DNA of 41,275 nt from IMG/VR virus record IMGVR_UViG_3300045988_163933, positions 1 to 41,275 of that record. The stretch is one strand, 5' to 3'. Below, one piece after another: positions 1 through 10,427 of the stretch. The stretch is from a virus. The position numbers and the translations under genes are program-made. The notes beneath the pieces were generated by a model, which was not told the DNA's origin, did no database searches, and saw only the letters and a list, made by a program, of their open reading frames with translations. Within the stretch, counting starts at the first letter, position 1. Every line of letters starts with the position of its first letter.

Positions 1-40
1 AATATTTCTCCTGATTTATTATATGAATTATTGCTTTGTA

Positions 41-69
41 TTGACAATTAAATTTTATTTATTTATAAT
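41..69 (+). promoter_or_regulatory. sigma70-type promoter of the tRNA-Gly gene: TTGACA (41-46), 17 nt, TATAAT (64-69)
   Basis: Perfect consensus boxes with 17-nt spacer directly upstream of tRNA 5' end at 78. Confidence 0.85.
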
Positions 70-77
70 GTGTATAT

Positions 78-152
<75 letters not shown>

Positions 153-160
153 TGGAAAAT

Positions 161-193
161 AAAGAGGTACAGCATTTTACTGTATCTCTTTAT
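161..193. terminator. Bidirectional terminator between tRNA/attL and integrase, in phage-derived DNA
   Basis: Inverted repeat aaagaggtacag / ctgtatctcttt with one G.U, followed by T-rich run. Confidence 0.7.
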
Positions 194-235
194 TTTATGC
201 TTTGGCGTAATTTTAGCGTAATTGATAGTAAAAAA

Positions 236-1294
236 TTAAAACAAGTTATCTAATTTTTGACTTGCTTTTTTATCTTCTTCTGAAACTGCATGTAAATAAT
301 ATGCAGAAGCTGTAGCTGGTAAATGTCCCAATCTATTAGCTATTGTTACAATATCTACACCTTTTGAAGCTAATATACTTCCATTTGTATGTCTTAAATC
401 ATGTAAAGTAATGGGTTTTAAATTGTGGCTTTTTATAAATTTTCTCCACATTTTTGTGTAGGTAGTGGGGCAGTAATTAAATACTAGCTCGTTTTGTGGT
501 TGATTATTGTAAATTTCTTTTAACTTATCAACTAATACTTGTGGTATTACAAATTGTCTAGTTCTTTTGTTTTTAGTTTCTTTTAATTTAGTTCCATTTT
601 GTTTTATAATTTTATTTTGAATAATATGCATAATATTATTATCAAAATCAATATCTTGCCATCTAAGTCCTAAAACTTCGCCACGCCTTGCACCAGTATA
701 GAACGAAACATATACCATAGTTTTAAAAGGTTCTTCTTCATTTTGTAAAGCTTCAAATAATAATTTTATTTCTTCATTGTTGTATATTTCTTGCTCTTTT
801 TTTGGCTTATTGTAGTTTTTGGGTATAGTTACATATTTAGCAACATTTTCATGAAGATAATCCCATTGAATTGCTTTCTCTAAAATCGATGAAATTAGTT
901 TTATATAGTTTTTTATTGTCTTAGATGACAAATTATATTCATTCAACAATTTATTGGCAAAATCTTGAACGTGAAGCCTTTTTAGTTTAGACAATTTGTA
1001 TTTACCAAGTTCAGGTAAGATATATTTATTTAATTGATAGACATAATTTATAACAGTAGTATCAGATAAGTTATTTTTTGCGTATTTATCTATGAACATT
1101 TGAGAAAATTCCGTAAAAGTCATAGAATTTTGCCTTGAATAATTACCTTTTTCAACTTCTGCTACAAATAAAGCTAGTTTTCTGTTAGCTTCGCTTGGAG
1201 AAGAGGCATTTACGTATTGACTGTATCTTTCATTTTCGTACATATATTCTAATCTCCAACGATTTTTTCCTGTTTCTCTTTTTGTTCCTGCCAT
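236..1294 (-). CDS. int: Tyrosine recombinase/integrase with N-terminal AP2-like arm-binding domain
   Basis: 352 aa; catalytic-type motifs TGARRGEVLGLRWQDI, HDLRHTNGS; adjacent to attL in tRNA. Confidence 0.95.
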   Translation of the reverse strand: MAGTKRETGKNRWRLEYMYENERYSQYVNASSPSEANRKLALFVAEVEKGNYSRQNSMTFTEFSQMFIDKYAKNNLSDTTVINYVYQLNKYILPELGKYKLSKLKRLHVQDFANKLLNEYNLSSKTIKNYIKLISSILEKAIQWDYLHENVAKYVTIPKNYNKPKKEQEIYNNEEIKLLFEALQNEEEPFKTMVYVSFYTGARRGEVLGLRWQDIDFDNNIMHIIQNKIIKQNGTKLKETKNKRTRQFVIPQVLVDKLKEIYNNQPQNELVFNYCPTTYTKMWRKFIKSHNLKPITLHDLRHTNGSILASKGVDIVTIANRLGHLPATASAYYLHAVSEEDKKASQKLDNLF

Positions 1295-1344
1295 ATTGAA
1301 ACCTCCTTATAAAACAAGATAAGTATTGCTACTTATCTTTAGTA

Positions 1345-1974
1345 TTATTTATTAATTTCCATTTTACCTACGTATTTTCCTAAAATCTTAATCGGTGTAT
1401 TTTTATCATATACTTGTGTTTTAAAACTGTCATCATTTGATTGAGGTTCCAATATAATCATATCACCTTGTCTAGTAAATTTCTTTAACGTAGCATCATA
1501 TCCATTTACTAAAACTACAGCAATTTCTCCATCGTCGACCATATCTTGTTTATGAATTAATGCAAAAGCACCATTTCTAACAACTTTATTCATACTTTCA
1601 CCATTTACACGTAAGAAAAAGTGTTCCTCGGGATTTACTATTCCCATTAAATCTGGATCAAGTGGCAATCTTCCTTCGATACATTCTTCAGCCCAATTAG
1701 GTTGTCCAGCACTGATTTGACCATAAACAGGGCACATGTAAAATTTTTTATCTGATTCATCTATATTAGAAGTATTATTTCTTGCATCTGATTTGCCTAA
1801 AAGATAATCTGTTGAAACTCCAAAATATTCTGATAATTTTAAAATTGTGTCTGGATTCATATCTCTTTTTTCAGTTTCATAGTTAGATATTGTTTGTATA
1901 GTAACATTTAAAAATTTAGCAATCTTTTCCAAACTTTCTCCTTTTTCATTTCTTAAAAATCTTAATCTATTCAT
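1345..1974 (-). CDS. CI-like repressor, XRE HTH plus S24 peptidase-like domain
   Basis: N-term HTH (LEKIAKFLNVTIQTISNYETEKR); C-term GQISAGQP...NGESMNKVVRNGAFALIHKQ. Likely start MNRLRF downstream of the ORF-track start. Confidence 0.9.
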   Translation of the reverse strand: MNRLRFLRNEKGESLEKIAKFLNVTIQTISNYETEKRDMNPDTILKLSEYFGVSTDYLLGKSDARNNTSNIDESDKKFYMCPVYGQISAGQPNWAEECIEGRLPLDPDLMGIVNPEEHFFLRVNGESMNKVVRNGAFALIHKQDMVDDGEIAVVLVNGYDATLKKFTRQGDMIILEPQSNDDSFKTQVYDKNTPIKILGKYVGKMEINK

Positions 1975-2004
1975 ATAATCATTTCCTTTACATAATACAT
2001 TTTT

Positions 2005-2033
2005 ATTATACAACAAATTGTTTAACTTGTAAA
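2005..2033 (-). promoter_or_regulatory. Repressor promoter with operator CAACAAATTGTTTA (2011-2024) in the spacer
   Basis: Minus strand TTTACA-17-TATAAT. Confidence 0.75.
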
Positions 2034-2104
2034 CATATTGTAAATTTTTTTCCTTAGAGTGTCAAGTATTTTAAACAAAGTGTAAAAATATTTTTAAAAA
2101 AGTA

Positions 2105-2152
2105 TTGACAATCAACAAATTGTTTAATATAATAAGTTCAACAATTTGTTGA
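2105..2152 (+). promoter_or_regulatory. Early promoter TTGACA-17-TATAAT with operator CAACAAATTGTTTA in the spacer (2113-2126) and CAACAATTTGTTGA (2139-2152) downstream
   Basis: Direct sequence match; near-identical 14-mers repeated at 2011. Confidence 0.85.
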
Positions 2153-2163
2153 GGAGGTGCAAA

Positions 2164-2382
2164 ATGAAAAAAAAGACATTAAAAGATTTAAGAGAAAATA
2201 AGAAGTTAACTCAAGAACAGGCATCAAAGATATTGCTTATAACAAAAGAATATTTATCAATGCTTGAAAATGGAAGTAGAAATCCTAGTGACGCTTTGAA
2301 AGAAAAAATGGCAAAATTATATGAATGTAGTATTGCAGATATTTTTTTAACAATTAATTCAACAAAACGTTTAGTAAAATAA
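2164..2382 (+). CDS. Cro-like XRE HTH protein
   Basis: MKKKTLKDLRENKKLTQEQASKILLITKEYLSMLENGSRNPS; strong RBS gaggagg. Confidence 0.85.
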   Translation: MKKKTLKDLRENKKLTQEQASKILLITKEYLSMLENGSRNPSDALKEKMAKLYECSIADIFLTINSTKRLVK

Positions 2383-2415
2383 CCACGAACCGATACAAAG
2401 AGAGGAGATGAGAGG

Positions 2416-2595
2416 ATGGATGAAAAAATAAAGATTGTTTATGAAAATGAAGAAGAAGGAGCAACAGAAGTATTAAATAAGCTAAAAGCAGAACAAAAGG
2501 TTTTAGAACTATTTGAAACAAAAGAAATTGAGAAAATAGAGATTAAGTATAAAAAAAGAGAGCCAGCTTGTACTACAGCTGACCCAAATGTCTAA
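2416..2595 (+). CDS. Hypothetical small protein (59 aa)
   Basis: MDEKIKIVYENEEEGATEVLNKLK...; not in supplied ORF track. Confidence 0.5.
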   Translation: MDEKIKIVYENEEEGATEVLNKLKAEQKVLELFETKEIEKIEIKYKKREPACTTADPNV

Positions 2596-2867
2596 GTGTT
2601 ACTTTTTATCCAATCAGAAACTTTTGCAGATAAATTTCTCCAAGCAGATTCTCCTGATAACTGAGCTACAAAAAGTTTATCGTCAGAATCCATATAAGAT
2701 GAAAGGTTATCTCGAATAGTGGTAGAAGAATCTGAAGAATTTACAATCCAGACAGATTCTAATACATGAGCAAAATAACCGTAATTTCTAATTGCTTCAT
2801 ACAATTTTGAATAATCTTTGTCAGAGATTAAATCGTAACTAATAATAAAAGAAGACATTATATTCAC
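2592..2867 (-). CDS. Cas2/SinR-like fold small protein, standalone
   Basis: SSFIISYDLISDKDYSKLYEAIRNYGYFAHVLESVWIV...IRDNLSSYMDSDDKLFVAQLSGESAW; N-terminal I-S-Y-D-L strand and Cas2-like spacing. Confidence 0.7.
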   Translation of the reverse strand: MNIMSSFIISYDLISDKDYSKLYEAIRNYGYFAHVLESVWIVNSSDSSTTIRDNLSSYMDSDDKLFVAQLSGESAWRNLSAKVSDWIKSNT

Positions 2868-2953
2868 CTCACTTTCGGCAAATTAAAATATTTTTCTCTT
2901 AAGTATGAGGTAATTATAACAGGTGGAAATAAAAAAGTAAAGGAGATGAGAAA

Positions 2954-3235
2954 ATGCAATGGTTAACATTAGAAGAAACAAAACAACGTTTTAGAGTAAA
3001 AGATAATAGAACAATAATAAATTTTACAAAGCAAGGTTTAAAATTCATAAAATTAGGAACACAGTACAGATTTGACTTAAAGGATATAGAAGAATTTGAG
3101 CAAAAATTAAAAAAAGAACAGCAAGAAAAAATAATTGAAATCTATCCAATTAAAACAAAAAGAAAATGTCATACGGTAGATATCGACTATGAAAAAAGAA
3201 AAATAAACTTAACTCAAAATAGAGTAGTAATTTAA
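2954..3235 (+). CDS. Excisionase-like HTH_17 DNA-binding protein
   Basis: WLTLEETKQRFRVKDNRTIINFTKQGLKFIKLGTQYRFDLKDIEEFEQ. Confidence 0.7.
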   Translation: MQWLTLEETKQRFRVKDNRTIINFTKQGLKFIKLGTQYRFDLKDIEEFEQKLKKEQQEKIIEIYPIKTKRKCHTVDIDYEKRKINLTQNRVVI

Positions 3236-3248
3236 GGAGGAAAAACAA

Positions 3249-3419
3249 ATGAAAAACATTATTAAAGGATTGATATTTTGGATAATAGCATTAGTATTTA
3301 TATTTGTAGTGTTTACAATAGCAGAAGCTTTATCAAAAATAGTAACAATCAACGTAATTATGAATTTAGTTTATGTATTGCTAGCAATTAGCGTTGTATA
3401 CATATTAAAAAATATCTAA
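3249..3419 (+). CDS. Small membrane protein (56 aa)
   Basis: MKNIIKGLIFWIIALVFIFVVFTIAEALSK...; RBS aaggagg. Confidence 0.5.
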   Translation: MKNIIKGLIFWIIALVFIFVVFTIAEALSKIVTINVIMNLVYVLLAISVVYILKNI

Positions 3420-3436
3420 GAAAGGAAGTGAAAAAT

Positions 3437-3670
3437 ATGCTTAGTAGAAAGCAAAAAGAAATTGATAATTTAAATGCAAGATGTGTTGAATTAGCAAGAA
3501 TGGTAAGAAACTTAAAAAACGAAAATGCAGATTTAAGAAGTGAAATAGACGAAAAAGAAGACACAATCAAACTAGTAAATAAGTTAATGACAAGTAATCA
3601 ATATGATAATAATCAAGTAATTAGAAACAAAATAATAGAGCTAACAAGCGACGACCAATCAATTTGTTAA
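3437..3670 (+). CDS. Coiled-coil hypothetical protein
   Basis: ORF with RBS; leucine/charged heptad composition. Confidence 0.5.
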   Translation: MLSRKQKEIDNLNARCVELARMVRNLKNENADLRSEIDEKEDTIKLVNKLMTSNQYDNNQVIRNKIIELTSDDQSIC

Positions 3671-3751
3671 CTCCTCAAAAATATTTATATAAATACTCTC
3701 TTTGAATATTATAACACATTTTTTCAAAGAGAGCAAGGAAAGGAATGGAAA

Positions 3752-3979
3752 ATGGAAAAAACAACAGGAATTTCAAGACATGTTGATGAACTTGGTAGGG
3801 TTGTAATACCAAAAGAGCTAAGAAGAAATCTAGGAATTGAAGAAGGAGACTTGATGGAAATTAGCTTAAAAGGACAAGATGTTATTTTAAAAAAGGTAAG
3901 CCAAAAATGTTGCACAGCCTGTGGACAAGCAGTGGATTTGAAAGATAGATTTTGCAGAAATTGTGGAAAGGAACAATAA
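3752..3979 (+). CDS. AbrB/SpoVT-like transcription factor with C-terminal zinc ribbon
   Basis: TTGISRHVDELGRVVIPKELRRNLGIEEGDLMEI ... CCTACGQAVDLKDRFCRNCGKEQ. Confidence 0.85.
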   Translation: MEKTTGISRHVDELGRVVIPKELRRNLGIEEGDLMEISLKGQDVILKKVSQKCCTACGQAVDLKDRFCRNCGKEQ

Positions 3980-4055
3980 AAATGGACGATGATGGAGACA
4001 TATTCGCATTAATAAATGAAGAGTGCGAGTTAAATGATAAATGGGAGGAAGAACA

Positions 4056-4214
4056 ATGCAAGAAATATTAGATTTTATCAATAGCAATTTAGAAAATATC
4101 ATGAAAAAAGGTTCAGGAAGATTAGATTATACGACAGAAAAAGGAATAAAAGTAAAGATTTATAAATGTGGAAAAGCAGTAACTAGAATAGATGTAGTAA
4201 AGGAGGAAAAATAA
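4056..4214 (+). CDS. Hypothetical small protein (52 aa)
   Basis: MQEILDFINSNLENIMKKGSGRLDYTTEKGIKVKIYKCGK; abuts next gene. Confidence 0.4.
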   Translation: MQEILDFINSNLENIMKKGSGRLDYTTEKGIKVKIYKCGKAVTRIDVVKEEK

Positions 4215-4845
4215 ATGGCATTAGCAAGTTATAACGACTTAAGAAGAGTAGATGTAAGTAAATGGGTTGAAAAAAGAGATGGAGCAGATTATTTGAATTG
4301 GGCTAAAGTGGTGGACTTATTACATGAAAATGGAGCTGAAAAGGTATATTTTGAGCCAGTTGCAGATGGATTTAGCAATAGCAGTTTATATATGACAGAA
4401 CAAGAATTTAAAGACAGTAAAGGAAATACAAATAGAGTTTATGAAACGGCTGTAAAAATAGTAATTGATGATTTAGAGTTTATACAAAGAGGACCAGTTA
4501 CAAATGGCTCAAATCCCGTAAAAGATAATTCAATGAGTCAACAAAGGTTGTGGAATTGTCAAACAAGATTATTTGTAAAAGGTGTAGCGATAAGAACTGG
4601 ACTAGGATTTGATTTGTGGCTTAAAGATGAATTAAAAACAGAAAAAGATAATTGGGAAGATGATTTATCAAAACACGATATATTTAAAATCAAAGAAAGA
4701 TGCCAACAAACTTATACTCAAAAAATGAAAGAAGGACTAACAGTAAAAGAGATAGCAGAAAGACTTCATAAAACAGAAGATGAAGTAAAAGCATTATTTG
4801 CATATTTTGATACTTTAAGCAATTTTGAAAGAGATTTAGCAAACA

Positions 4846-4865
<20 letters not shown>
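4215..4865 (+). CDS. DUF1071-like single-strand annealing protein (Sak3-type)
   Basis: WVEKRDGADYLNWAKVVDLL... followed by YqaJ nuclease gene. Confidence 0.7.
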
Positions 4866-6161
<1,296 letters not shown>

Positions 6162-6173
6162 GAGGAACAAGAA

Positions 6174-6437
6174 ATGAATAATAATTTTAAAATATTAATT
6201 GAATCAGAAGAAGATGGAACAAAAATAGAAGTAAGCGGAACAAAACCAAATTTAATGAAAGCTTTAGCATATTTATCAAGAAGTATGTTAAAAGGAACAA
6301 ACTTATCAAAAGAAGAAATAAGACGTGCAGTAGAACTTGGATTGATGTCAGATGAAGAGCTTAAAGAAGAAGCTAATCGAAAGACAGAAGAACTAAAAAC
6401 AAAAGTAGAAAAACTAATTAAACAAATATTTGATTAA
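6174..6437 (+). CDS. Hypothetical protein
   Basis: 87-aa ORF with RBS. Confidence 0.5.
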   Translation: MNNNFKILIESEEDGTKIEVSGTKPNLMKALAYLSRSMLKGTNLSKEEIRRAVELGLMSDEELKEEANRKTEELKTKVEKLIKQIFD

Positions 6438-6517
6438 AAACAGCAGGGATAAGACATAAGTTTTATCCCTAATTTTGTACGAAAAAAGATTAAGGCAAAC
6501 AAAGGAGGTAAAAAGTT

Positions 6518-7213
6518 GTGGCGAGAAAGAGAATGATAGATCCTAGTATATGGCAAAGTGAAGATTTTAGTAAGTTATCAACACTAGCTAAATTGGTTTT
6601 TATAGGTCTATTCTCTCTTGCAGATGACGAAGGAAGAGGAAGATGTAATCCAGTATATCTAAAGTCTACATTATTCCCTTACGAGGAAGGTATAAGAAGT
6701 ACCTACATAGATAAAACCTTATCTGAGATAAGCTCTAATATGTCCGTAATCTTTTACTCTTGTGACGGAAGCAATTATTATAGCCTTTACAACTGGAATG
6801 TTTGGCAAAAGATAGATAAACCTAGTCCAAGTAAGATAGTAGAATATGACGAAAAAACAATGCAAAGAATATTCGGCGACGATTCGACGAACGTTCGACG
6901 AACGGTTACTCCTAATAAGAATAAAAAAGAAAAAGAAATAAAAGGAAAAGAAGAAAAGAAATTCGTTCCTCCTTCTCTTGAAGAGATTCAAAAATATATT
7001 CAAGGAAAGCAGCTTAAAGTAGATGCGGAACAGTTTTATAACTATTTTACAGAAGGAAATTGGATAGATTCAAACGGAAATCAAGTGAAGAATTGGAAAC
7101 AAAAAGTTTTAACATGGAATGGATATTCAAAAAAAAATAAAACAAGAGAAAAAAACAGTTTTGATGAAAGAAAGTATGAAAGTTTAGATTTTTTATATCA
7201 AAATTTAAACTAA
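6518..7213 (+). CDS. Phage replisome organizer / DnaD-like replication protein
   Basis: DPSIWQSEDFSKLSTLAKLVFIGLFSLADDEGRGRCNPVYLKSTLFPY. Confidence 0.75.
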   Translation: MARKRMIDPSIWQSEDFSKLSTLAKLVFIGLFSLADDEGRGRCNPVYLKSTLFPYEEGIRSTYIDKTLSEISSNMSVIFYSCDGSNYYSLYNWNVWQKIDKPSPSKIVEYDEKTMQRIFGDDSTNVRRTVTPNKNKKEKEIKGKEEKKFVPPSLEEIQKYIQGKQLKVDAEQFYNYFTEGNWIDSNGNQVKNWKQKVLTWNGYSKKNKTREKNSFDERKYESLDFLYQNLN

Positions 7214-7219
7214 AGGAGA

Positions 7220-7537
7220 GTGAAACAAATGAATGAAATGAGTGAAGAAACAAGAAGAGAAGCAAACGAAAAAGTAGATAAAACCAAAAGAGAAATACAA
7301 GTATTGCAAATATTAAGTGAATATAAAGAACTAACAGCAAAGCAAATAGCGAGGTATATGGCATACAGAAATTATACAAAAGAGATAGATTACAACCATG
7401 CAAGGCCAAGATTGACATCACTATTAGAAAAAAGACAAGTATGTATAGTGGGCAAGGAGTTAGACACTGAAACACATTGCAAGGAAGTAATATATCAAAT
7501 AACAGAATTGGGAAAAGAGAGGTTAAACAATGTTTAA
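7220..7537 (+). CDS. Winged-helix-like hypothetical protein
   Basis: LQILSEYKELTAKQIARYM...RLTSLLEKRQVC. Confidence 0.5.
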   Translation: MKQMNEMSEETRREANEKVDKTKREIQVLQILSEYKELTAKQIARYMAYRNYTKEIDYNHARPRLTSLLEKRQVCIVGKELDTETHCKEVIYQITELGKERLNNV

Positions 7538-7706
7538 AGTAATATTAATAATTTTATTATGTGTTTGTGTCTTTGAAGCAGGAGTGATGCAAGGAGAGAA
7601 AGATACACTAGAAAGGGTTATGGATTATATAAAGAAAGCAAAGAATTGGGATGAATTTATGGAAAAGATTTCTATAGAGTTCAATCAATACAATTTCAAG
7701 GAGTAG
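7530..7706 (+). CDS. Small protein with N-terminal hydrophobic segment
   Basis: MFKVIIIILLCVCVFEAGVMQGEKDTLERV...; overlaps previous stop. Confidence 0.4.
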   Translation: MFKVILIILLCVCVFEAGVMQGEKDTLERVMDYIKKAKNWDEFMEKISIEFNQYNFKE

Positions 7707-7709
7707 AAA

Positions 7710-7866
7710 ATGATATATAAATATCCAAAGTTAAAAGGCGAATGTATAAAATGCGGTCGGCTGTATGAGATTAGAAGATATTAACTTTGTTGGAGTAGAA
7801 AAATGTGAATATTCAGAAAAGCCGACCAAGAAAAATATAGATTTAGGGGAGCAAATGAGAATATGA
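7710..7866 (+). CDS. Small zinc-ribbon protein, recoded: +1 (CGGC read as Gly) at 7758; absent from ORF track
   Basis: MIYKYPKLKGECIKCG + GCMRLEDINFVGVEKCEYSEKPTKKNIDLGEQMRI*; fused stop overlaps next start as ATGA. Confidence 0.75.
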
Positions 7867-8342
7867 AAATACTAGCGATAGATCCTGGCAATATAGAAAG
7901 TGCATATTGTTTTATCAATGAAGAAACATATGAGCCAGAAGAGTTTGGAAAAGTAAAAAATGAAAGATTATTAAATATAATATATGACCAGTTATCTAAT
8001 AGTGTTAATTACTATACAATGGTTATTGAAATGATAGCAAGTTATGGAATGCCAGTTGGAAAAGAAGTTTTTGATACTTGTGTATGGATTGGAAGATTTA
8101 TAGAGGCATACGATAAAGATTATAAATTTATATACAGAAAAGAAGAAAAAATGAACTTGTGTCATTCTATGAAAGCTAAAGATAGCAACATTAGACAAGC
8201 ATTAATAGATAGATTTGGTGTAGTTGGAACTAAGAAGAATCCAGGTTGGTTTTATGGTTTTAAAGCAGATATCTGGGTTGCATATGCAGTAGGGTGTACA
8301 TATTTAGATAAAATGAAAGGAGAAAATACATGGCAGATGTAA
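7863..8342 (+). CDS. RuvC-like Holliday junction resolvase
   Basis: MKILAIDPGNIESAYCFI...VIEMIASYGMPVG...ADIWVAYAVG. Confidence 0.7.
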   Translation: MKILAIDPGNIESAYCFINEETYEPEEFGKVKNERLLNIIYDQLSNSVNYYTMVIEMIASYGMPVGKEVFDTCVWIGRFIEAYDKDYKFIYRKEEKMNLCHSMKAKDSNIRQALIDRFGVVGTKKNPGWFYGFKADIWVAYAVGCTYLDKMKGENTWQM

Positions 8343-8551
8343 TTGATAATGAAGAATTAATTGCAACAAGAAGATTGAATGGAGTAGATGATAATTTATA
8401 CAAGGAAGAAAAAGAAGCAATTTTGAAAAGAAAAGCAAAAGAACTAGATGATTTAGATAATTTTGCAGATTTATTGAGACCAGAACAGAGATATTATACA
8501 AACATAATTAAAAAGTTAGTAGAAAATGCTAGAAATGGAGGTAAACAATGA
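8330..8551 (+). CDS. Hypothetical protein
   Basis: ORF with overlapping start. Confidence 0.5.
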   Translation: MADVIDNEELIATRRLNGVDDNLYKEEKEAILKRKAKELDDLDNFADLLRPEQRYYTNIIKKLVENARNGGKQ

Positions 8552-8826
8552 TAATAGTAAGTCAAGGAAAAGATGAATTAGTGAATTTTGACAGAATAGA
8601 AAGCATATGGATAGATGTAGAAGAAGGTAGAGTTACAATTGAGGCAACAGCTGATACAAATTCTACATTAGGAACATACTCAACAGAAGAAAGAGCAAAA
8701 GAAGTTTTACAAGGAATTATTAATGCTTATGAAAAAGCAGGAAATATAGCTTTTGAAACTAGTGAAGATGAAAGATTAATGAGATTAACACATAATTCAA
8801 GTGTATTTGAAATGCCAGAAAAGTAG
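8548..8826 (+). CDS. Hypothetical protein
   Basis: 92-aa ORF. Confidence 0.5.
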   Translation: MIIVSQGKDELVNFDRIESIWIDVEEGRVTIEATADTNSTLGTYSTEERAKEVLQGIINAYEKAGNIAFETSEDERLMRLTHNSSVFEMPEK

Positions 8827-8835
8827 GTGGAGCAA

Positions 8836-9252
8836 ATGGAAGATAAAATTGAAGTAAGAGAATATGTGAGAACTAAAGACGGGATAATAGCTCAAATCAA
8901 AAATATAGACTATGAAGCTGAAATATATAGATTTGATAGAACTATTTATATCAATGATTTTGGAATGAAAAACGATGTACTTTATAACAATGAAATGTTT
9001 AAAAAAGTGGTAGTAAAACACAGCAAACAACTAAAAGATTTAATAGAATCTGGAGATTTAATAATTTATAGATTAAGAGGATTAAAACATCAATGCAAAG
9101 GATTCATAAGAATATATAAGGATGCAAGAAGCGGAAAAGAAAATTTAGGAATAGATTATTATAGTTTAGAACAAATTGAAATTATAAAGATTTTAACTCA
9201 TGAACAGATAGAGGCTAATTGCTATAAAGTAGGAGGAGAAGATGAGCGTTAA
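8836..9252 (+). CDS. YopX-like hypothetical protein
   Basis: Phage accessory ORF in early cluster. Confidence 0.35.
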   Translation: MEDKIEVREYVRTKDGIIAQIKNIDYEAEIYRFDRTIYINDFGMKNDVLYNNEMFKKVVVKHSKQLKDLIESGDLIIYRLRGLKHQCKGFIRIYKDARSGKENLGIDYYSLEQIEIIKILTHEQIEANCYKVGGEDER

Positions 9253-9541
9253 AGGAAAAGTAAAAAAATTAAATAAAGAACTTATAAAATTAAGAGATGA
9301 TTTAGAAACAGAAAGATTATCAAATAGAAGATTAAGAAAAAAATTAGATAAACAAATCGAATCTAGTGTTTATACTAGACAATTAGAAAATATAGTAAAG
9401 TTTGCAATAACTAATCAAATTGGAGGTATGAGAGGTGGAATACAAATAGAAAGATATGGAATAGATAAAATGCAAGATTTAAGACTAAGGATAGATTATC
9501 AACCAGAATTTAACAGTTATATAATTAGAGTTAATTATTAG
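9242..9541 (+). CDS. Hypothetical coiled-coil protein
   Basis: 99-aa ORF. Confidence 0.5.
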   Translation: MSVKGKVKKLNKELIKLRDDLETERLSNRRLRKKLDKQIESSVYTRQLENIVKFAITNQIGGMRGGIQIERYGIDKMQDLRLRIDYQPEFNSYIIRVNY

Positions 9542-9700
9542 GAGGAGAATAGATATGTTAAAGATAGGACTCCATAGAGCGAAATATTATCACAGCCAGT
9601 GGTACTACTATATTATTCCCAGAAGATTAACATTAAAATGTAATCCTCCTATATATAAATGGTTGTGTTTTGTGATTAGTTATGAAAAAGGAGAATAGAT

Positions 9701-9916
9701 ATGTGTGAATACTGTGAAAAAATAATAAATAATAAAAAAATATTAGATATAGATAATGAAGAAGAAACGCATATGGAAATTATTAATCAAAAAAAGTCTT
9801 GGGAATATATGTTATATGTTGAAATAGAAGGACAAGACAATGATGGATATAAGCCAAGTCAGTTCTTTCAAATAAATTATTGCCCGATGTGTGGCAGAAA
9901 ATTGGTAAAGGAGTAA
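9701..9916 (+). CDS. Small zinc-ribbon protein
   Basis: MCEYCEK...YCPMCGRKL. Confidence 0.6.
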   Translation: MCEYCEKIINNKKILDIDNEEETHMEIINQKKSWEYMLYVEIEGQDNDGYKPSQFFQINYCPMCGRKLVKE

Positions 9917-9923
9917 ATAAGAT

Positions 9924-10178
9924 ATGAAAGAAAATTGGAAAAAAGAAACATTAACGGATTGGCTAAATGCTAGAAATAATTTTGGGATTTTTTATCCACC
10001 GATGAAAGCGGAAGAATTTGTTGAATTTATAAAAGATTATTTATTAAATGAAAATTGGTATACAGTAAATCCAGTAAGTAACGAACAAGTTTATACAGAA
10101 ATTTTAATTGATGTATTAGATAGATACAGTAAAAAATATAAGAAAGAAAAAAGAGGTGTTTTAAGTGAAAGAAAATAG
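9924..10178 (+). CDS. Hypothetical protein
   Basis: ORF. Confidence 0.5.
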   Translation: MKENWKKETLTDWLNARNNFGIFYPPMKAEEFVEFIKDYLLNENWYTVNPVSNEQVYTEILIDVLDRYSKKYKKEKRGVLSERK

Positions 10179-10422
10179 TAAGGTTACTGACATAAATGTC
10201 GGAGACATGGAAGAAAATATAAAAGAACTAAAAAGATTACTTTATAGAGATGAATTAACTCAATATGGAAAAAGAAAACTAATAAATTATTATGAACAAC
10301 AAGAGAAAGATTATAAAAGAGTATTAAAAGAGAATGAACAGCTACGAACAGAAGTGAACAGCTTAAAAGAAGATAACGAACGATATCAAGAATTAGAATT
10401 GCAAAAATTAGAAAGTGAGTAA
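10165..10422 (+). CDS. Hypothetical coiled-coil protein
   Basis: ORF. Confidence 0.5.
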   Translation: MKENSKVTDINVGDMEENIKELKRLLYRDELTQYGKRKLINYYEQQEKDYKRVLKENEQLRTEVNSLKEDNERYQELELQKLESE

Positions 10423-10427
10423 TAATA

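Noticed and set aside
236-1294. CGG on the minus strand of integrase (near 1113) as a recoding site
   Set aside because: It straddles codons (ACG GAA) and the ORF is intact.
2592-2867. CRISPR-Cas locus because of the Cas2-like protein
   Set aside because: No repeats, cas1 or effector genes in the window.
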